Notes: a model not told the origin generated them from the letters alone. A stretch of DNA of 64,000 bases from Sporopachydermia quercuum (GCA_001599295.1 BCGN01000006.1:868001-932000), one strand, 5' to 3'; positions 10,809-23,456 are shown, counted from the first letter of the stretch. Numbers and translations are program-made.

Positions 10809-11432
10809 ATGAAATACGTTATAGAGCATATGGAATCAGGATTCTCTGACTGGGTGATTCTAGAATACGCAAGCATCATTCAACAAGTAGGCAAAGAGAA
10901 TCTGATTTTAACATCTCTGCCAAAGGGAACAACAGAAGAAGAGTTACCCTCTCAACTGGTAAAACTAGGCTTACAATGGACTACTGATGAAGTCATCAAC
11001 CTTATGAACGAAGATGGTGCTTCTCTAGATAAGTCAAGAGTATGTTTATTGGACCCATCAGCTAAAGATGACCTAGAACCGGAAGACAAAGAGAAATACG
11101 ACTATTTTGTGTTTGGGGGTATTCTAGGTGATCATCCACCAAGAGACAGAACTGGTGAACTTAGAAAGCATGGATTTGTTGGGAAAAGACTAGGAGAAGT
11201 TCAACTTACTACTGATACAGCTGTTAGATTTACCCAAATAATAATTGACAAGAAGACAAAGCTACAGGATATCCCAGTTGTTGATTTCCCCGAATTGAAA
11301 TTCTCCAAACATGAATCAACAGAAATGCCTTTTAGATACGTTAAAGATAGCAAAGGGAAACCAATATTACCTGAAGGAATGTTCGAGCTTATCAAAAAGG
11401 ATTCAGAGAAATCATTAGATGGTCTTCTGTAA
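10809..11432 (+). CDS. SFM1: SPOUT-family protein arginine methyltransferase Sfm1
   Basis: MKYVIEHME...WVILEY, RVCLLDP, FVFGGILGDHPPRDRTGELR, QLTTDTAV and STEMPFRYV. Confidence 0.93.
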   Translation: MKYVIEHMESGFSDWVILEYASIIQQVGKENLILTSLPKGTTEEELPSQLVKLGLQWTTDEVINLMNEDGASLDKSRVCLLDPSAKDDLEPEDKEKYDYFVFGGILGDHPPRDRTGELRKHGFVGKRLGEVQLTTDTAVRFTQIIIDKKTKLQDIPVVDFPELKFSKHESTEMPFRYVKDSKGKPILPEGMFELIKKDSEKSLDGLL

Positions 11433-11626
11433 AATGCATATCAAGCAGAAGAGTTTCAACTTAATATACAACAAACAATTATGAAGTTTTCTAGAATTTT
11501 TTCCGGTCTACGATCATCAACAAATAACTAATAATTGAGAATAAAACCTCTGGTTATATCCATATAATTTAAACAATCTGAAAGGAATGAATACCGACTA
11601 TACGTTCATTATATATACAAATAGAA

Positions 11627-13933
11627 TCAAGCCTCGAATCCTTTTTCCATCAATTGTTTCTTTACTTTTTTCAAATCCCGTTCATTAAAAAGCTCTTTCA
11701 AAAGAAAACTTGCAAAATCTTCCGAATCCCAGTATGAAATATGAGAACTTATTGTTGAGATGAGAGATAAATCGAAATATCCTTCTTTCAACGAATAATC
11801 TATACGGCCATTCTTATTCAACGTCAATAATGTATCAATTAATTCCTCTGATGCTTGGAACTTCTTTGCTTTTTCATTTTTAACTCTACCATCATCAACA
11901 GCTCGTTTTTTCTCATCCTTTTGTAATGCTTCTGACAGTTTTATATAATTAGTTAACTGTCTATTCAACCCTTTTGGCATCGTTGTACTTTTCTTACTGA
12001 TATTATCTAGCAGTAAATTCCAAGTGTCAGCAGCTGTTTCAGCAAGCTTATTTCCCATTGTTTCTATTTCTGATAATTGCATATTAAAGGCATTTGAATA
12101 ACCAATTTCAACAGGATCAAGCAAACTCAACATTTTGTTAATCAATGGTTCAACCCTATAACCAACAGGATCACAAGGATGGAATATATTATAGTAGTTA
12201 CTAGTTTTCGGGGCCATTAAAGGGGCATGTAGAAATTCTGCTAATGATGGGTTTTCATACTTTACTGGTTCTTTCTGCTCAATCAACGCCCTTGAAGTTA
12301 TTCTTTGATCCGAAATCAATTTAAAGACACCCACTGGCGATCCAATACTAAAAAAGTTTTCAACATCAAATGATAATTGTTTATCCGAAGAAATATCAGA
12401 TTCCGCCGGTACTTTTTTTGGTTGAAGAGACAGCATGTCGAATGTTATCGCTGAACCCAGAGAATGACCTATAATTGATACTTTTCCATTAAAATCTGGA
12501 TTGTGCTTTTTAAACAAATTGTATATTCGATTGCATTCGGATGTTACAATTGATATAATCTCACTTCTATGGTGTTTTTCATAATAGAGAATGATATCTA
12601 AAACAACATCACCTAGTATACCTCTTACAGATCTTATGCCATTAACACTTATATCTGATAAGTTAGGGGGTTCGGAAGCATTGAATTCCGTTTCAATGGT
12701 TTTGAAAGAAGTTTTGTTTCTCCAAGAAACAGGTAATACTTGTACCTTACAGTTCTTCAATGCGTGATCATCAGTTTCACTATCAGAATCTTTCATAGCT
12801 TTAACAGCGTCTTCTCCGCAGACAAGTGACTGTAGGTTTGATGATGAAGTAAAAGTGGTCTTAAGGGCTTTTCTGAGATCATTCACAGTATGTGGAAATG
12901 AGATTGATTCAACTTTGAAATCCAACGCTTGACCAATACCGTGAACACATAAAATCAAATGATCTATTTCACGATGACCTTGGCTATCAGAATCTTCTCC
13001 TGCTGTGTTGAAGCTTCCACCTAATTGAGCTTCGAATGATGAATCTTCCTCTTGGGTTTCATTACTAGCCATTTTCTTCTCATTGGCTGACTTACTTGAT
13101 ACTTCGATTGTTCTATCAATAGTGTTAGAAGCCATCGCTTTGGCCTTCGTTGTTGCACCTGCGCCTTTGCCAATAAAAGATTTAACGGATTCAGGCAATT
13201 GATTCAACCATTGGCCTGCACTTTTATCTGCTTTAGCTGTAGATTTAGCTACTATTGTTGCCAAGTCATCTTGCCAACCTCTTACTAGTTTGATTGATCC
13301 TGGCACTAAGGCAGGATGAACCTTCTCTGCCATCAAAGCTAATTCAGTGTCAACAACATAAGCAGTTTTCAAATCATCATCAAAAAGTATCACTTTATCT
13401 CTTTTATCTTTCAGTTTATCTTCTCCTAATGGAAATTTTATTAATAAACTTTCATCGCTTTCAGAATCTTTATTACCATCTCTATCTTTTGTAAGGTGAA
13501 CAAATTGATACTTCTTCTCGACCAGGTCAGTTAACTCTTTAGACAAAGGAATTTGATCACCGCTTTGATTGATAAACCAAACACCACGTCTAACCGTGTA
13601 ACCTGGTCCCTCCCAGTATATAGGTGAAACAATAAACTTTTTCAAATCAACTTCCATCAAATGATCATCTAAAACAGAAATAAAACGTGATTCGGTTTTC
13701 CCCGCCTGGAAAGCTTTAAAGGCAGTTTCAAGTCGTATAGAATCTCTTGATGGAAATAATTTATATTTTTTAGCAGGTGTGGGTGCATAATGGAATCTTT
13801 CAGGTTTGGTCTCCGGAGTATCAGTGGCATATAACCATTTCCATGATGCTGGTGGAAGTGTTTGAACTGACCTAATTGGCCTTTCAATAGTTGAAATTGT
13901 CATCAGTGTTGCTTTCGGCTTAAGGGCAAACAT
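11627..13933 (-). CDS. DDL1: DDHD-domain phospholipase A1 (Ddl1/YOR022C-like)
   Basis: DHLILCVHGIGQ, lipase motif IGHSLGS, YNIFHPCDPVGYRVEPL, GRIDYSL and SHISYW. Confidence 0.88.
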   Translation of the reverse strand: MFALKPKATLMTISTIERPIRSVQTLPPASWKWLYATDTPETKPERFHYAPTPAKKYKLFPSRDSIRLETAFKAFQAGKTESRFISVLDDHLMEVDLKKFIVSPIYWEGPGYTVRRGVWFINQSGDQIPLSKELTDLVEKKYQFVHLTKDRDGNKDSESDESLLIKFPLGEDKLKDKRDKVILFDDDLKTAYVVDTELALMAEKVHPALVPGSIKLVRGWQDDLATIVAKSTAKADKSAGQWLNQLPESVKSFIGKGAGATTKAKAMASNTIDRTIEVSSKSANEKKMASNETQEEDSSFEAQLGGSFNTAGEDSDSQGHREIDHLILCVHGIGQALDFKVESISFPHTVNDLRKALKTTFTSSSNLQSLVCGEDAVKAMKDSDSETDDHALKNCKVQVLPVSWRNKTSFKTIETEFNASEPPNLSDISVNGIRSVRGILGDVVLDIILYYEKHHRSEIISIVTSECNRIYNLFKKHNPDFNGKVSIIGHSLGSAITFDMLSLQPKKVPAESDISSDKQLSFDVENFFSIGSPVGVFKLISDQRITSRALIEQKEPVKYENPSLAEFLHAPLMAPKTSNYYNIFHPCDPVGYRVEPLINKMLSLLDPVEIGYSNAFNMQLSEIETMGNKLAETAADTWNLLLDNISKKSTTMPKGLNRQLTNYIKLSEALQKDEKKRAVDDGRVKNEKAKKFQASEELIDTLLTLNKNGRIDYSLKEGYFDLSLISTISSHISYWDSEDFASFLLKELFNERDLKKVKKQLMEKGFEA

Positions 13934-14609
13934 TATTTAGTTCTTAAAAATTTTTGTTGCCTTGAACCAAATTCAAAGACAGGCGGTTATAATTATTTCT
14001 TAATTATATCTATCAATTATAAGCCTTGAGTATATGGAGGCAATGAGTATGCCTGCGAATTGAATGTGTCAGTTAGTGTCCAAAACAAGTAGATTAGGAT
14101 TGTCGATAATAGAAGCTTCTCGTTGCAATTCATTCAAATGCTAATCAATTGTTTTCAGTAACGGTTTTCTCCTCAGTTGTGCATATTAGATTTACTCTCA
14201 AAGACAAAGAAGTAGTAATTCATCCGCTGATATCTTGATTAGGTATGAGTCCAGTAAGCCCATTCTTACCTTTAGAACAAACACCACCGAATTAATGTAT
14301 TTTCCGATAAGGTGATGAGATGTCAAGTGCATAAAAGATAACGAAAAAGATGTTCTCTTGATAAAAGGATGAGTCAAGAAGGATAAATTAGCTATGAAAT
14401 ATGCATTTGCATCTATACATGGAACAATGTAACCTTTTTCAATTCATTCGTTCAATGAATCTACGGAATAGGCGCAATAATCTACGTAGTCTAACTATAA
14501 CAATGGGGGAGTGATTTCTCCTACAAAGATAAGAATCTAGAGAATTGTAATTCATTTTTGTTTTTCATTTTCATTTGTTAAAAGGTAATATATAATACAA
14601 ATTTAATGT

Positions 14610-16478
14610 CTAGTTTTTACCTTCAACACTGATTTCATAAACAACTCTTTTATCCCATTTCAAAGAGAAGTCAATTTCAGGGGTCATGGTTTTAACTGTG
14701 TCAATTTCGGATGAAGATCTAACGCTGGAATCAAGAACACTATTCCTCATATCAGGTAAAGTGCCAGGAAGGGTTTTGCCTGCAACAGATCTGGGAACAG
14801 TCTTATCAGTGGAACGATTCATGGTAGTATCAGCAGTTTCGGATTTGACATTAGGAGTTGTGCTGTTGATGATTGTGGCCGTACTGTTTTCTGTACTATA
14901 GTCATCGCTACTTCTGGATTCGTCATTATTCTCCTCATTGATTTTCTTTGCATTAGAATTCAATTTGCTCACTTTAATTGCCGGGCCATTATGATGCGAA
15001 CTGCTCCCCTTCCTTCGTTTGCGCTTTTTACTCAATTCTTGAGTGGAAGCTTGAACTTTACTAATTTCACCCAATGACAAACCCCCATAGTATTTCTCTA
15101 AGATCTCATCAACATCCAATGATAGTTTCCTAGCTTCTGCCAGAGTCCTAGCAAACGATGGATTTTTATTTATTAGTACAGATTGAACAGACTCTTCGTC
15201 ATCAAGTGAATTGTTCTCTTCAGTTTTAGCTTCAGTTTCTTGTGACACTTTTTCGCGAACCATCTCAAACAAACTTTCAAAATCGTTTATGTCTCTAGTT
15301 TCTGGTATAATTGATTGAGACACGGAATCAGAAGTGAGTATTTCAGATGTAGTTTTAGATGAAGGGGTTTGGGCGGATGTTTCATTAGAAGTCTTAAGAG
15401 GTGTGGACACAAGTGAGTCTACTTTCTGTGCCGGTGCTGGGGAAGATGCAGCTACAACTGAGTTCTCCTCCATTATCGGCACACCACATTCCCGTGCCGC
15501 AGCAGTGTGTGACATGATTTCCTTACCATGTGCGATACGGCAATGATTGATAAATCCTTGAGGAGAAGAAAAGTTCGATCGTTGACAGTTGGGATCTGGA
15601 CAAATGAGTTTAACTAAAGTACCATCAGAGCGACGAACAAGACACTGTGCACCTGAACCTGGCATTGAATATGCTCTTGGGGATGGTTTCAAACAACAGG
15701 TTTGAGAGCGAGTGCGCATCAATGCATAATGAGAATGAGAATATGGGTCAAGAGAAGTTTGAGAACCAGCTGAAGCAGGAAATTTATAAAGATGAGCAGA
15801 TGAGGAGTTTGTTGAAGGTGACAAAGAGCTAGATGCAGATGATGTAGATGATGCAGATGATAATGATGGGTTGCTGGAAGAACTGGAAGGTACGGAACTT
15901 GGGATTGAACAACGTGAATAAGGATTCAATACTTGAAGTTGTGAAGATATGTACGCTGGAGATAGTAGAAAAGCGTACTTGACAGCAAACTCAGAAGGCT
16001 CTTGTGATGGTGGATCAATATCCTGAATTAAACTTGTTGGTGATGGGGATCGATTTGATTCAGAAACCCCTTCGGATTCTATTGAGTTAAGTTTGCTTCT
16101 CTCATCTGAATTGCTTTTTAATAATGATTTGACTGTATACCACTGCCTTATCTTAACCATCATGATTTCAACTTTTGCTATTTGTTGCTCAATTGATTGG
16201 ACTTCACGATGTTTGAGAAGAATTTCCAAATCAAATTGTTCCTTTATGATTTTTGCTACACGTTTCTTCTTCTCGGGACTCAAATCAGTTGATTTTTTCT
16301 CTAATTCTAAACTTCTTGATCTTTCTTCAAAATCACTGGCTGTTGGTGAATCAATTGATTTAGGTGTAGTTGTTGCAATTGGAAGCAACAAACCTATATC
16401 TTCATGATTTACTGTTACATCCTGCCCCTTAAAGCCATAATCTTCGCCTGGTGATGAAACTGGCGAGACTTGATTCAT
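14610..16478 (-). CDS. AHC1: ADA histone acetyltransferase complex component Ahc1-like
   Basis: IKEQFDLEILLKHRE coiled coil and a C2H2-like segment RRSDGTLVKLICPDPNCQRSNFSSPQGFINHCRIAH. First ATG is at 16478. Confidence 0.8.
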   Translation of the reverse strand: MNQVSPVSSPGEDYGFKGQDVTVNHEDIGLLLPIATTTPKSIDSPTASDFEERSRSLELEKKSTDLSPEKKKRVAKIIKEQFDLEILLKHREVQSIEQQIAKVEIMMVKIRQWYTVKSLLKSNSDERSKLNSIESEGVSESNRSPSPTSLIQDIDPPSQEPSEFAVKYAFLLSPAYISSQLQVLNPYSRCSIPSSVPSSSSSNPSLSSASSTSSASSSLSPSTNSSSAHLYKFPASAGSQTSLDPYSHSHYALMRTRSQTCCLKPSPRAYSMPGSGAQCLVRRSDGTLVKLICPDPNCQRSNFSSPQGFINHCRIAHGKEIMSHTAAARECGVPIMEENSVVAASSPAPAQKVDSLVSTPLKTSNETSAQTPSSKTTSEILTSDSVSQSIIPETRDINDFESLFEMVREKVSQETEAKTEENNSLDDEESVQSVLINKNPSFARTLAEARKLSLDVDEILEKYYGGLSLGEISKVQASTQELSKKRKRRKGSSSHHNGPAIKVSKLNSNAKKINEENNDESRSSDDYSTENSTATIINSTTPNVKSETADTTMNRSTDKTVPRSVAGKTLPGTLPDMRNSVLDSSVRSSSEIDTVKTMTPEIDFSLKWDKRVVYEISVEGKN

Positions 16479-19400
16479 TTTCCTTTTATCCAAGATAAAC
16501 CCGTGAAACAATCTATACAAAAAATATATAGATGTAATGATGTGGATTGAAGTTTCTCTTAACTTCCAATTGACTCCTGGATCTTAATCCCAAGCCAATA
16601 TAATATCAAATAAATGATACAGTCAAATAAATTAATTCCGTAGCAACTATTCAATCCTACTTGCGTTGGTTTGATATCGACTTCTCCTTAATCAAACTTA
16701 GCAGTTCTCAGAATGCATCAATAGATCCGAACCCTCAGTCATGGATTTAAACAACACAATAAAGTGCAGCAAATAACCAGAATCAAATTTGATGATACGT
16801 TAATATATAACTATTATATTTATTATCTCTTTAATAAATACAATTGAACATTAATTGTAGATATAAATAACAAATACAAATAAAAACAGATTCCCTTTTT
16901 CTACCTTTCTTTTTCTTTGCCTTCAGGTTTTGATACAAGTGAAAATACCCTATCTGCGGCTATCGATTTGAATCGGCACAAATGGCAATTTGAACGGAGT
17001 GATGGTAAACTTAAGTAAGCGCCAACACTAGAGATGTATGTGATTTACCTAATTGTCTGTTTCAATTTAGAATAAAAAGTAAACCTTTGATACAAATCGA
17101 AAAAAAAAAATAAACAATGTAAGGAGGCTAAAAATCAAAATGAAGAATAATATATCGATTGATGCTCTTAATATTATAAGAAAGAAAAGGGTGACGTGCG
17201 GATTCTTATGAGGAATTGAATTTTGATTCTATGGAAAATTTCACTGTCTAGCTAAGTGCTCGAAATAAGGTTTGCCAGCTGAGCTTAAACCTTATTTCTT
17301 AACACTTGTTTTGGAATAATTACAAGTTGCAAGTGCATCAGATCCCTCGTTGGAGTAACCAAACACTAGGGGGGATCTTCGCAAAGAGTCAATTGTACTG
17401 TAGATAAGATAACAATTTGGTAGATTTAAATACAAGAAACTGTTGTCTTAATTAGTAGAATGAGAATATTTTCATTATAATAGTTAGAATAAATCAATTG
17501 ATAGATTTTCTTTTGAAAACCTGTAGGGAAAATCGAAAATACAGGANATCTAATTTCGGAGTACACTGCATTGAAACGAAATGTATGTGTATGTGTAATG
17601 ATGTGAAAAATAAACTCACCAGATGATGCATTGGTGGGTTTTACTGTTTAAAGACGAATTAGGGAGAGAACCGTGAAGAAGAATTATAACCTCAAGCGAT
17701 TGTGCAGAGCATCTACAACGTGAATGGAATGAAAAATTATATCATAGACTAATAGGGGAATTAGATGTAGTAATAAAATTAAGCAGATAAAAGATAAAAC
17801 GAAATGAAATGAAATAATTAATTTTCATGGCGATGTTAAAAGGTTGAAATGAGAAGGTTATTGTTACTTTGATTTGTCAACACTTCACACTGAAAATTGG
17901 GGTAAAGGACAGGCAGTGTTGAGATGTTGTTCGAAGAATTTGCAGGCAATAGAGGTAAACAGAGAATAAAGGTTAAGCTCCTACTGTATGGNTTTTTCTC
18001 TTTCTTAATTTATTCATCACATTTTCATTCTTTTTCCTATATACTGATTTATTAATTGATGAATCTACTGCTAGAAGATCGTACAACTATGAATTGATAT
18101 ATCGCTCATTTCCACTTCCAACCATACATCGTAGCATGACAAATTCTAAACTGTTGATATAATTGCCAAAATATGTGCTTTGTAACCTTGATCCATACAG
18201 CATTTAATCTAAATATAAACTTCTAATTTTAAGATAATCTCGATCACCTAGAACAACTCAGAATTAGCTGTCACCAACTTCATTGCCAAACCTATTTTTG
18301 ACATCTCATTCAACGATCCCCTACAGCGAGGGCTCGCCTTGGTCACAGCTCTCCATTTCCACTGTCTAACTTTGGACGCCATACCATACCATACATAATA
18401 CCTACGTTTCCACATTCTTGGTCGCCCTATTTCTTCCTAATTCCAGTTTTACTTTATTCAGTTCGATTCAACTGTTTTTTTACCTTCTCACATACGGCTT
18501 CCGAATCTTTCTTTTCGAACAAACTTTAAATCCAAGATAGGCTGAAAGCTGATTTCGACAGCCCTTCAGATGAGGTTGATAGCAGTGTTACTTAGAGGCT
18601 TGGCATGACAAAAATATAATTAATGTCACATCTATGTTAGTATTAACACTATACCTGACTTTCGAATAAAAGCAAGAAAAGCAGGAACCTCAATTTGACA
18701 GGCATGGGTGATATTTGAAAAGGATTGGAAGTGAGTAGACGAANTTTAATCTACACAAAGAATAGATTTTTATTGTTATAAATGAGAAGTCGTAGTTCGC
18801 AGTTTATTTACGAAATGTGATTTTAATAAATGAAAAAATTCAGTAAAAGGCATATAGGTAGGTTGCACCTATATTAATAACTGTAGGAAACAATATCATT
18901 CTATTCTGTAGCAAACTAGCAATTGAAGCAGCAATTGAGGTAGGGTATATGGTATTGATCAATTAAAATATAAGAGGATCACATAATCTATAGATTTCTG
19001 ACCAAAAAATATGCATAGAATTATGGCAAACGTTAATTTAACCGTTTTGACAAATGGAATCTCAACACGAAAGAATTAAATAACTGAAACGGAATGGAAT
19101 GGACTTGAAATATGGATGTTGAAGACAGATTGATTGATCAACACGTGAAAATAAGAAAATGGAAATGTGAAGTGCGACTGAATCACTGAGGACGGAAGGT
19201 GCGAGAAGTTAAGACTACAAACCGATTGAATAATAAGATGTGAGATCGAATTTCTGGAGTGATAATACAAATGTAGAAGTCTGCAGAATTGTGAAGTGCA
19301 TTTGTTAGGCGAGTTCTTTAGTTCCTTGATGCAAAGTTATGCGAAACTATTAATCTTTGTCTGTTCTATAATTACTGAGAAAAGTCTTACTCCTTCTTAT

Positions 19401-19613
19401 ACATTTTAAATCAAGAACGGCCTCCGTAGGTTGCGAAATGACAGTAATGCTGTTGTTCATTGAACTTTACGATTGGATTCATGATTGTTTGATTTAATAT
19501 ACTAAATAATAGTAAAAAGTGCAATATGTTATTGAGCAAACGTGTTCCGTCTAGGTAGCTATGAATTTATCTGTGCGCATCTGAATGAACTTCTAACATT
19601 TGTTCGCCGTGAA

Positions 19614-20044
19614 CTAGGTACTGTATGATGTTTTCATCCGTTTTATTTGTTCTAACAGTACTCTACATTGACATTTTGATACCCAAGCACCATCTACTTC
19701 GCCTTCTCCATGTCTGAGCAACCAAACTAATCCATAGCCATCCGTTTTGATAATCTCTGTATCATCATCTAAGTTGCTTATCTCCATATCACTCAACTCG
19801 ATACTGATAGATTTCTCTTCCGTTCCATTCTTTACTGGTTCCTCTTTCACCGTTGGTTTTTCATAGTCCTTCTTGCCTACCTTACATCTACGCTTGTATC
19901 TTACAGTTTCTGAAGCTCAGATCTTGGTTAGTAAATTGCTTAGAAATGAAATTCTAGAACATCTAAGGTCTCTTTACTAGTCTCACTCTTCTGCTTGTCT
20001 CGCTGTACATTCGGAAACTCACAAGTGTACTCCGTAAGATACAT
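19614..20044 (-). CDS. Hypothetical small spliced gene (~107 aa); tentative exons 20044-20023 and 19915-19614
   Basis: GTGAGT donor at 20022, TACTAAC at 19933-19927 and a 300-nt open frame downstream. An in-frame junction needs a rare GAG acceptor. No family recognised. Confidence 0.3.
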
Positions 20045-20580
20045 TGTTGAAACGAGTAATGGAATCCCAGAAGGTCTTAATTTTATCTCCCAGTCTTCAG
20101 ATTTCTGTTCTAAAAGCGATCAGTTATTTGCCAAATGTGATCTTATTATACTAATTCTCCTAGGATCAGGCATTCTCTATCAAGCATGTTGTAACTGGGA
20201 AAAGTAGCAGCACAATTTAAATACTCTCTTACATTTTATGTCCCATTACAGAGTGTGATTATGAGATAGAGATTTGTCTCATAACAGGTGATTTTCTTCT
20301 TGTTCATGCACCATTTGATTTGATTTTCTCTCGAAGGAGGAGATAACTGAAGGTCTCTGTTCAAATGTTGTTGAATGATGAGAATATACTTGAACATTGG
20401 TTACTAATTAAGAGATAGAAACAAGGCATATAGTTGAATCTGTTACTAGGGAAGCTGTTGATTGAATTTGGGTTTGGGGATAGTTTAAGAAAACGTTGGC
20501 TTACACAATATTCAAGCTCCTTCGATAGGTAGAAACTCAACAAAGAGTAGATTGTACACGGTGTGAAACGGTTGATATAA

Positions 20581-21225
20581 ATGAAGAAAATGACATCAAA
20601 TATATCGGTGGTTACACCTTCACAAGTGCAACCTACTCTTCCGCCTACACCGAGAAGATCCCTAATATATGAAAGAAATCTGTCCAGGAAATCTGCTGAT
20701 GTTTCCTTATCGTCATTCAGCCTTCTATTCTCAGAAATGGTATCGTGGCAACAGAGCCAGTCAAGCAATATTTCGGATTTAGAAACACGGTTATCAAAAC
20801 TTGGATACAGGATTGGTGTGAAATTATTAGAACTTATTTCAGTCAGATTGAGCAAAACATCTAAGCGAGAGTTGAAAATTGTAGATCTGCTTTTATCTAT
20901 ACATTCAAACTTTTGGAAGCTACTTTTTGATAAACCAGCAGATGCCGTAGAGAAATCACAATCATCCGAAGATGAATACATGCTTATTGATAACGCACCT
21001 TTGCTTACAAAATTTATTGCTACTCCGAAAGAACTGGGTCAATTGAATTGCAATGCATTCATGGCTGGAGTTATTGAAGGGGCCCTAGATGCCTCATACT
21101 TCCCTGCTGAGGTTACAGCTCATACTGATCCAATTGAAGGATTCCCTACTAGAACCGTTTTTTTCATAAAGTTTAAGAAGGGCGTCATAGACAGAGAAAA
21201 AGTACGGTTTCTGAAGAAGTTCTAA
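20581..21225 (+). CDS. TRS31: TRAPP complex subunit Trs31/TRAPPC5
   Basis: IYERNL, VSLSSFSLLFSEMV, RLSKLGYRIGVKLLE, WKLLFDKPAD, LNCNAFMAGVIEG and VTAH. Confidence 0.95.
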   Translation: MKKMTSNISVVTPSQVQPTLPPTPRRSLIYERNLSRKSADVSLSSFSLLFSEMVSWQQSQSSNISDLETRLSKLGYRIGVKLLELISVRLSKTSKRELKIVDLLLSIHSNFWKLLFDKPADAVEKSQSSEDEYMLIDNAPLLTKFIATPKELGQLNCNAFMAGVIEGALDASYFPAEVTAHTDPIEGFPTRTVFFIKFKKGVIDREKVRFLKKF

Positions 21226-21613
21226 TTAGTTGCATTGAATACTCGTTCATTTGTGTCATATCCTTCCTCCAAGTTCATTCTTGTTCATTTCCACCTTTTA
21301 TTTATTATGTAATCATTTAATATCTATATTCTCCTACCAAAATAGTTCAATTGTTATCATGTGATCTATCAAAAACATTTTATGTTTTTACCCGGACAAG
21401 CTGCTCGAAGTTTTCACCAGCTTTCAATAGAAGTTATCAAGATATCTTCACAATCGAAAACAATGAATAAAGGATCCAATAGAGGATTTGAAAAGGATTG
21501 CATGAATAGTTTATGTTGTATTAGTGTTAGCCATTGGATATGGATTACTCGGGTATCCTTTGATTAGAAACATTTCAATCTGTGTGTATACAGTATTTTT
21601 CGGACTTATCAAG

Positions 21614-22419
21614 ATGGGAATTACAATCAGGAAGGCTACTGTGGCTGATCTACAGGCAATGCAGAACGCCAACCTACATAACTTGCCGGAAAACTACTCG
21701 CTAAAATACTATTTATATCATGCATTGAGTTGGCCTGAAGCTTCATATGTTGCTGTTACAGACCGTGAATTAACTTATGATGGTAAAATCGCTAGTGACG
21801 AACAGGACTTAGAGTCATCAGTGCTTGAAGCCATTGTATCATCAGATCCTCTACTTACACCTAGAGTTAACATAATTGACTATCCACCAGATGAACATAA
21901 AGCTGATACGATATATATCTCGCCAAAGGAAAAATTAGTAGGATATGTTTTAGCAAAGATGGAAGATGACCCAAGTGCCGACCAAACACCACATGGCCAT
22001 GTGACTAGTTTGAGTGTTATGCGAACGTATAGAAGAATGGGTATAGCTGAAAAGCTAATGCGACAAGCTTGTAAGTTGATTTCCTCTGCATGCAAATTAA
22101 TTGGTATTGAGTTTTTCTGTTTGAATATTAACAACTTTGTATAGTATATGCTCTGACTGAGAATTATAATGCCAAATACGTCAGCCTTCATGTTCGTCAA
22201 TCCAATCGTGCAGCTCTCCATTTATACAAAGATACGTTACAATTCACTGTTATTACAATTGAAAAGTCATACTACCAAGATGGAGAAGATGCATATTCAA
22301 TGAAAAAAGATTTAGTTTTGGATGAGCTTGTACCTTCCAAGTTTCAAAAAGCTGTGGTAGAAGATGATTTATCACAACCATTCTTATCGTTAGGTGATAA
22401 TGGAGAGATTATAGTATAA
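21614..22419 (+). CDS. ARD1: NatA catalytic N-terminal acetyltransferase Ard1/Naa10; exons 21614-22070 and 22145-22419
   Basis: [22 protein letters not shown] and [22 protein letters not shown]. After the GTAAGT...TAG intron (22071-22144) the frame continues [21 protein letters not shown]...[11 protein letters not shown]. Confidence 0.95.
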
Positions 22420-23205
22420 ACTAATTTAATGAAATAAAATGACCAGAAAATGAAAATTCAAGAAAGAGAAAATTGTAAATAAGGCTTTTGAGATAATAAA
22501 AAAATAGTATGTCTCGACATTGAAACGCTGTTTAAGAAAAGCCTATGAACCACACATTCTTGCAACTATACCGAGGAGTAGTTACTGCAAATGTTAGATT
22601 ACTTCCACTAATGATCTGATATTTGCTGAGTTGATTAGAGACCCCAGGTTATTTGGAAGTTCAATAACCAACTAATTTTCATTTCTATGAATAGCTAAGA
22701 ACATTTTTAAGCGAACTCATAACTAAGAGCATCGAGGTGTCCTCATTTTCTGCGGATCAACTTATTGCGGACACTCAATTGCAAAACCTTAATTAAAACC
22801 AATCTTCTAATTGCGTATTATATATTATGTATTATGCCTAGCTATTTTAAACTAAATCATCAATTCCTGGTTCGTATCGTATACATTACTCCCCGCTATA
22901 TATATGACGTTCAATTATACTACTACAAATCACTCACCAATCGGACATCTACAACGACATTCACCATGAACAGAACGTGCACAATGAAGCATAACAAAGC
23001 ATAACATCTGGCCTGAAGGTAGCTGAGTTCAATCATTTTATTCAATAGTTCATCAATTATATATTACCAGTCTCAAAATATAATAATTGGTTTCTTACCT
23101 TTGATATCTTCTTGGTTCAGTTAGCTAAGAGCAAAATTTCGGATATGGCTTATCTTTTCCGGTTTACTTCCAGATCGACATCATCTCCGAAATGATCCAT
23201 AGCTT

Positions 23206-23314
23206 TTGTTTACATCTCGTTTATTCTCGTATAATTAAGTAGATTCATCAAGGACTTTTCTATCCACTAATTGATTGATTTATAAATGCGTGTTAAATGT
23301 TATTAATAACGCGT
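23206..23314. promoter_or_regulatory. Forkhead-like (TTGTTTAC) and MCB (ACGCGT) motifs upstream of ASK1
   Basis: TTGTTTAC at 23206-23213 and ACGCGT at 23309-23314, upstream of a kinetochore gene. These short motifs could occur by chance. Confidence 0.4.
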
Positions 23315-23456
23315 TTCTACTTAACCCTATTACAAATAACATAATTACTACATTCTCGGGTGTCTGAGGTTTACATGACTTTTTATATCATCAGAAGAAC
23401 AACAACAACAACCGCAAACTACTTAACATCATAACCACTAAGAAACAATACATACT

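Noticed and set aside
20361..20981. 206-aa minus-strand ORF
   Set aside because: It is mostly antisense to TRS31 and has no recognisable motifs. The same applies to the many short ORFs overlapping TOM1, CTI6, PRP8, LCB1 and the Red1-like gene.
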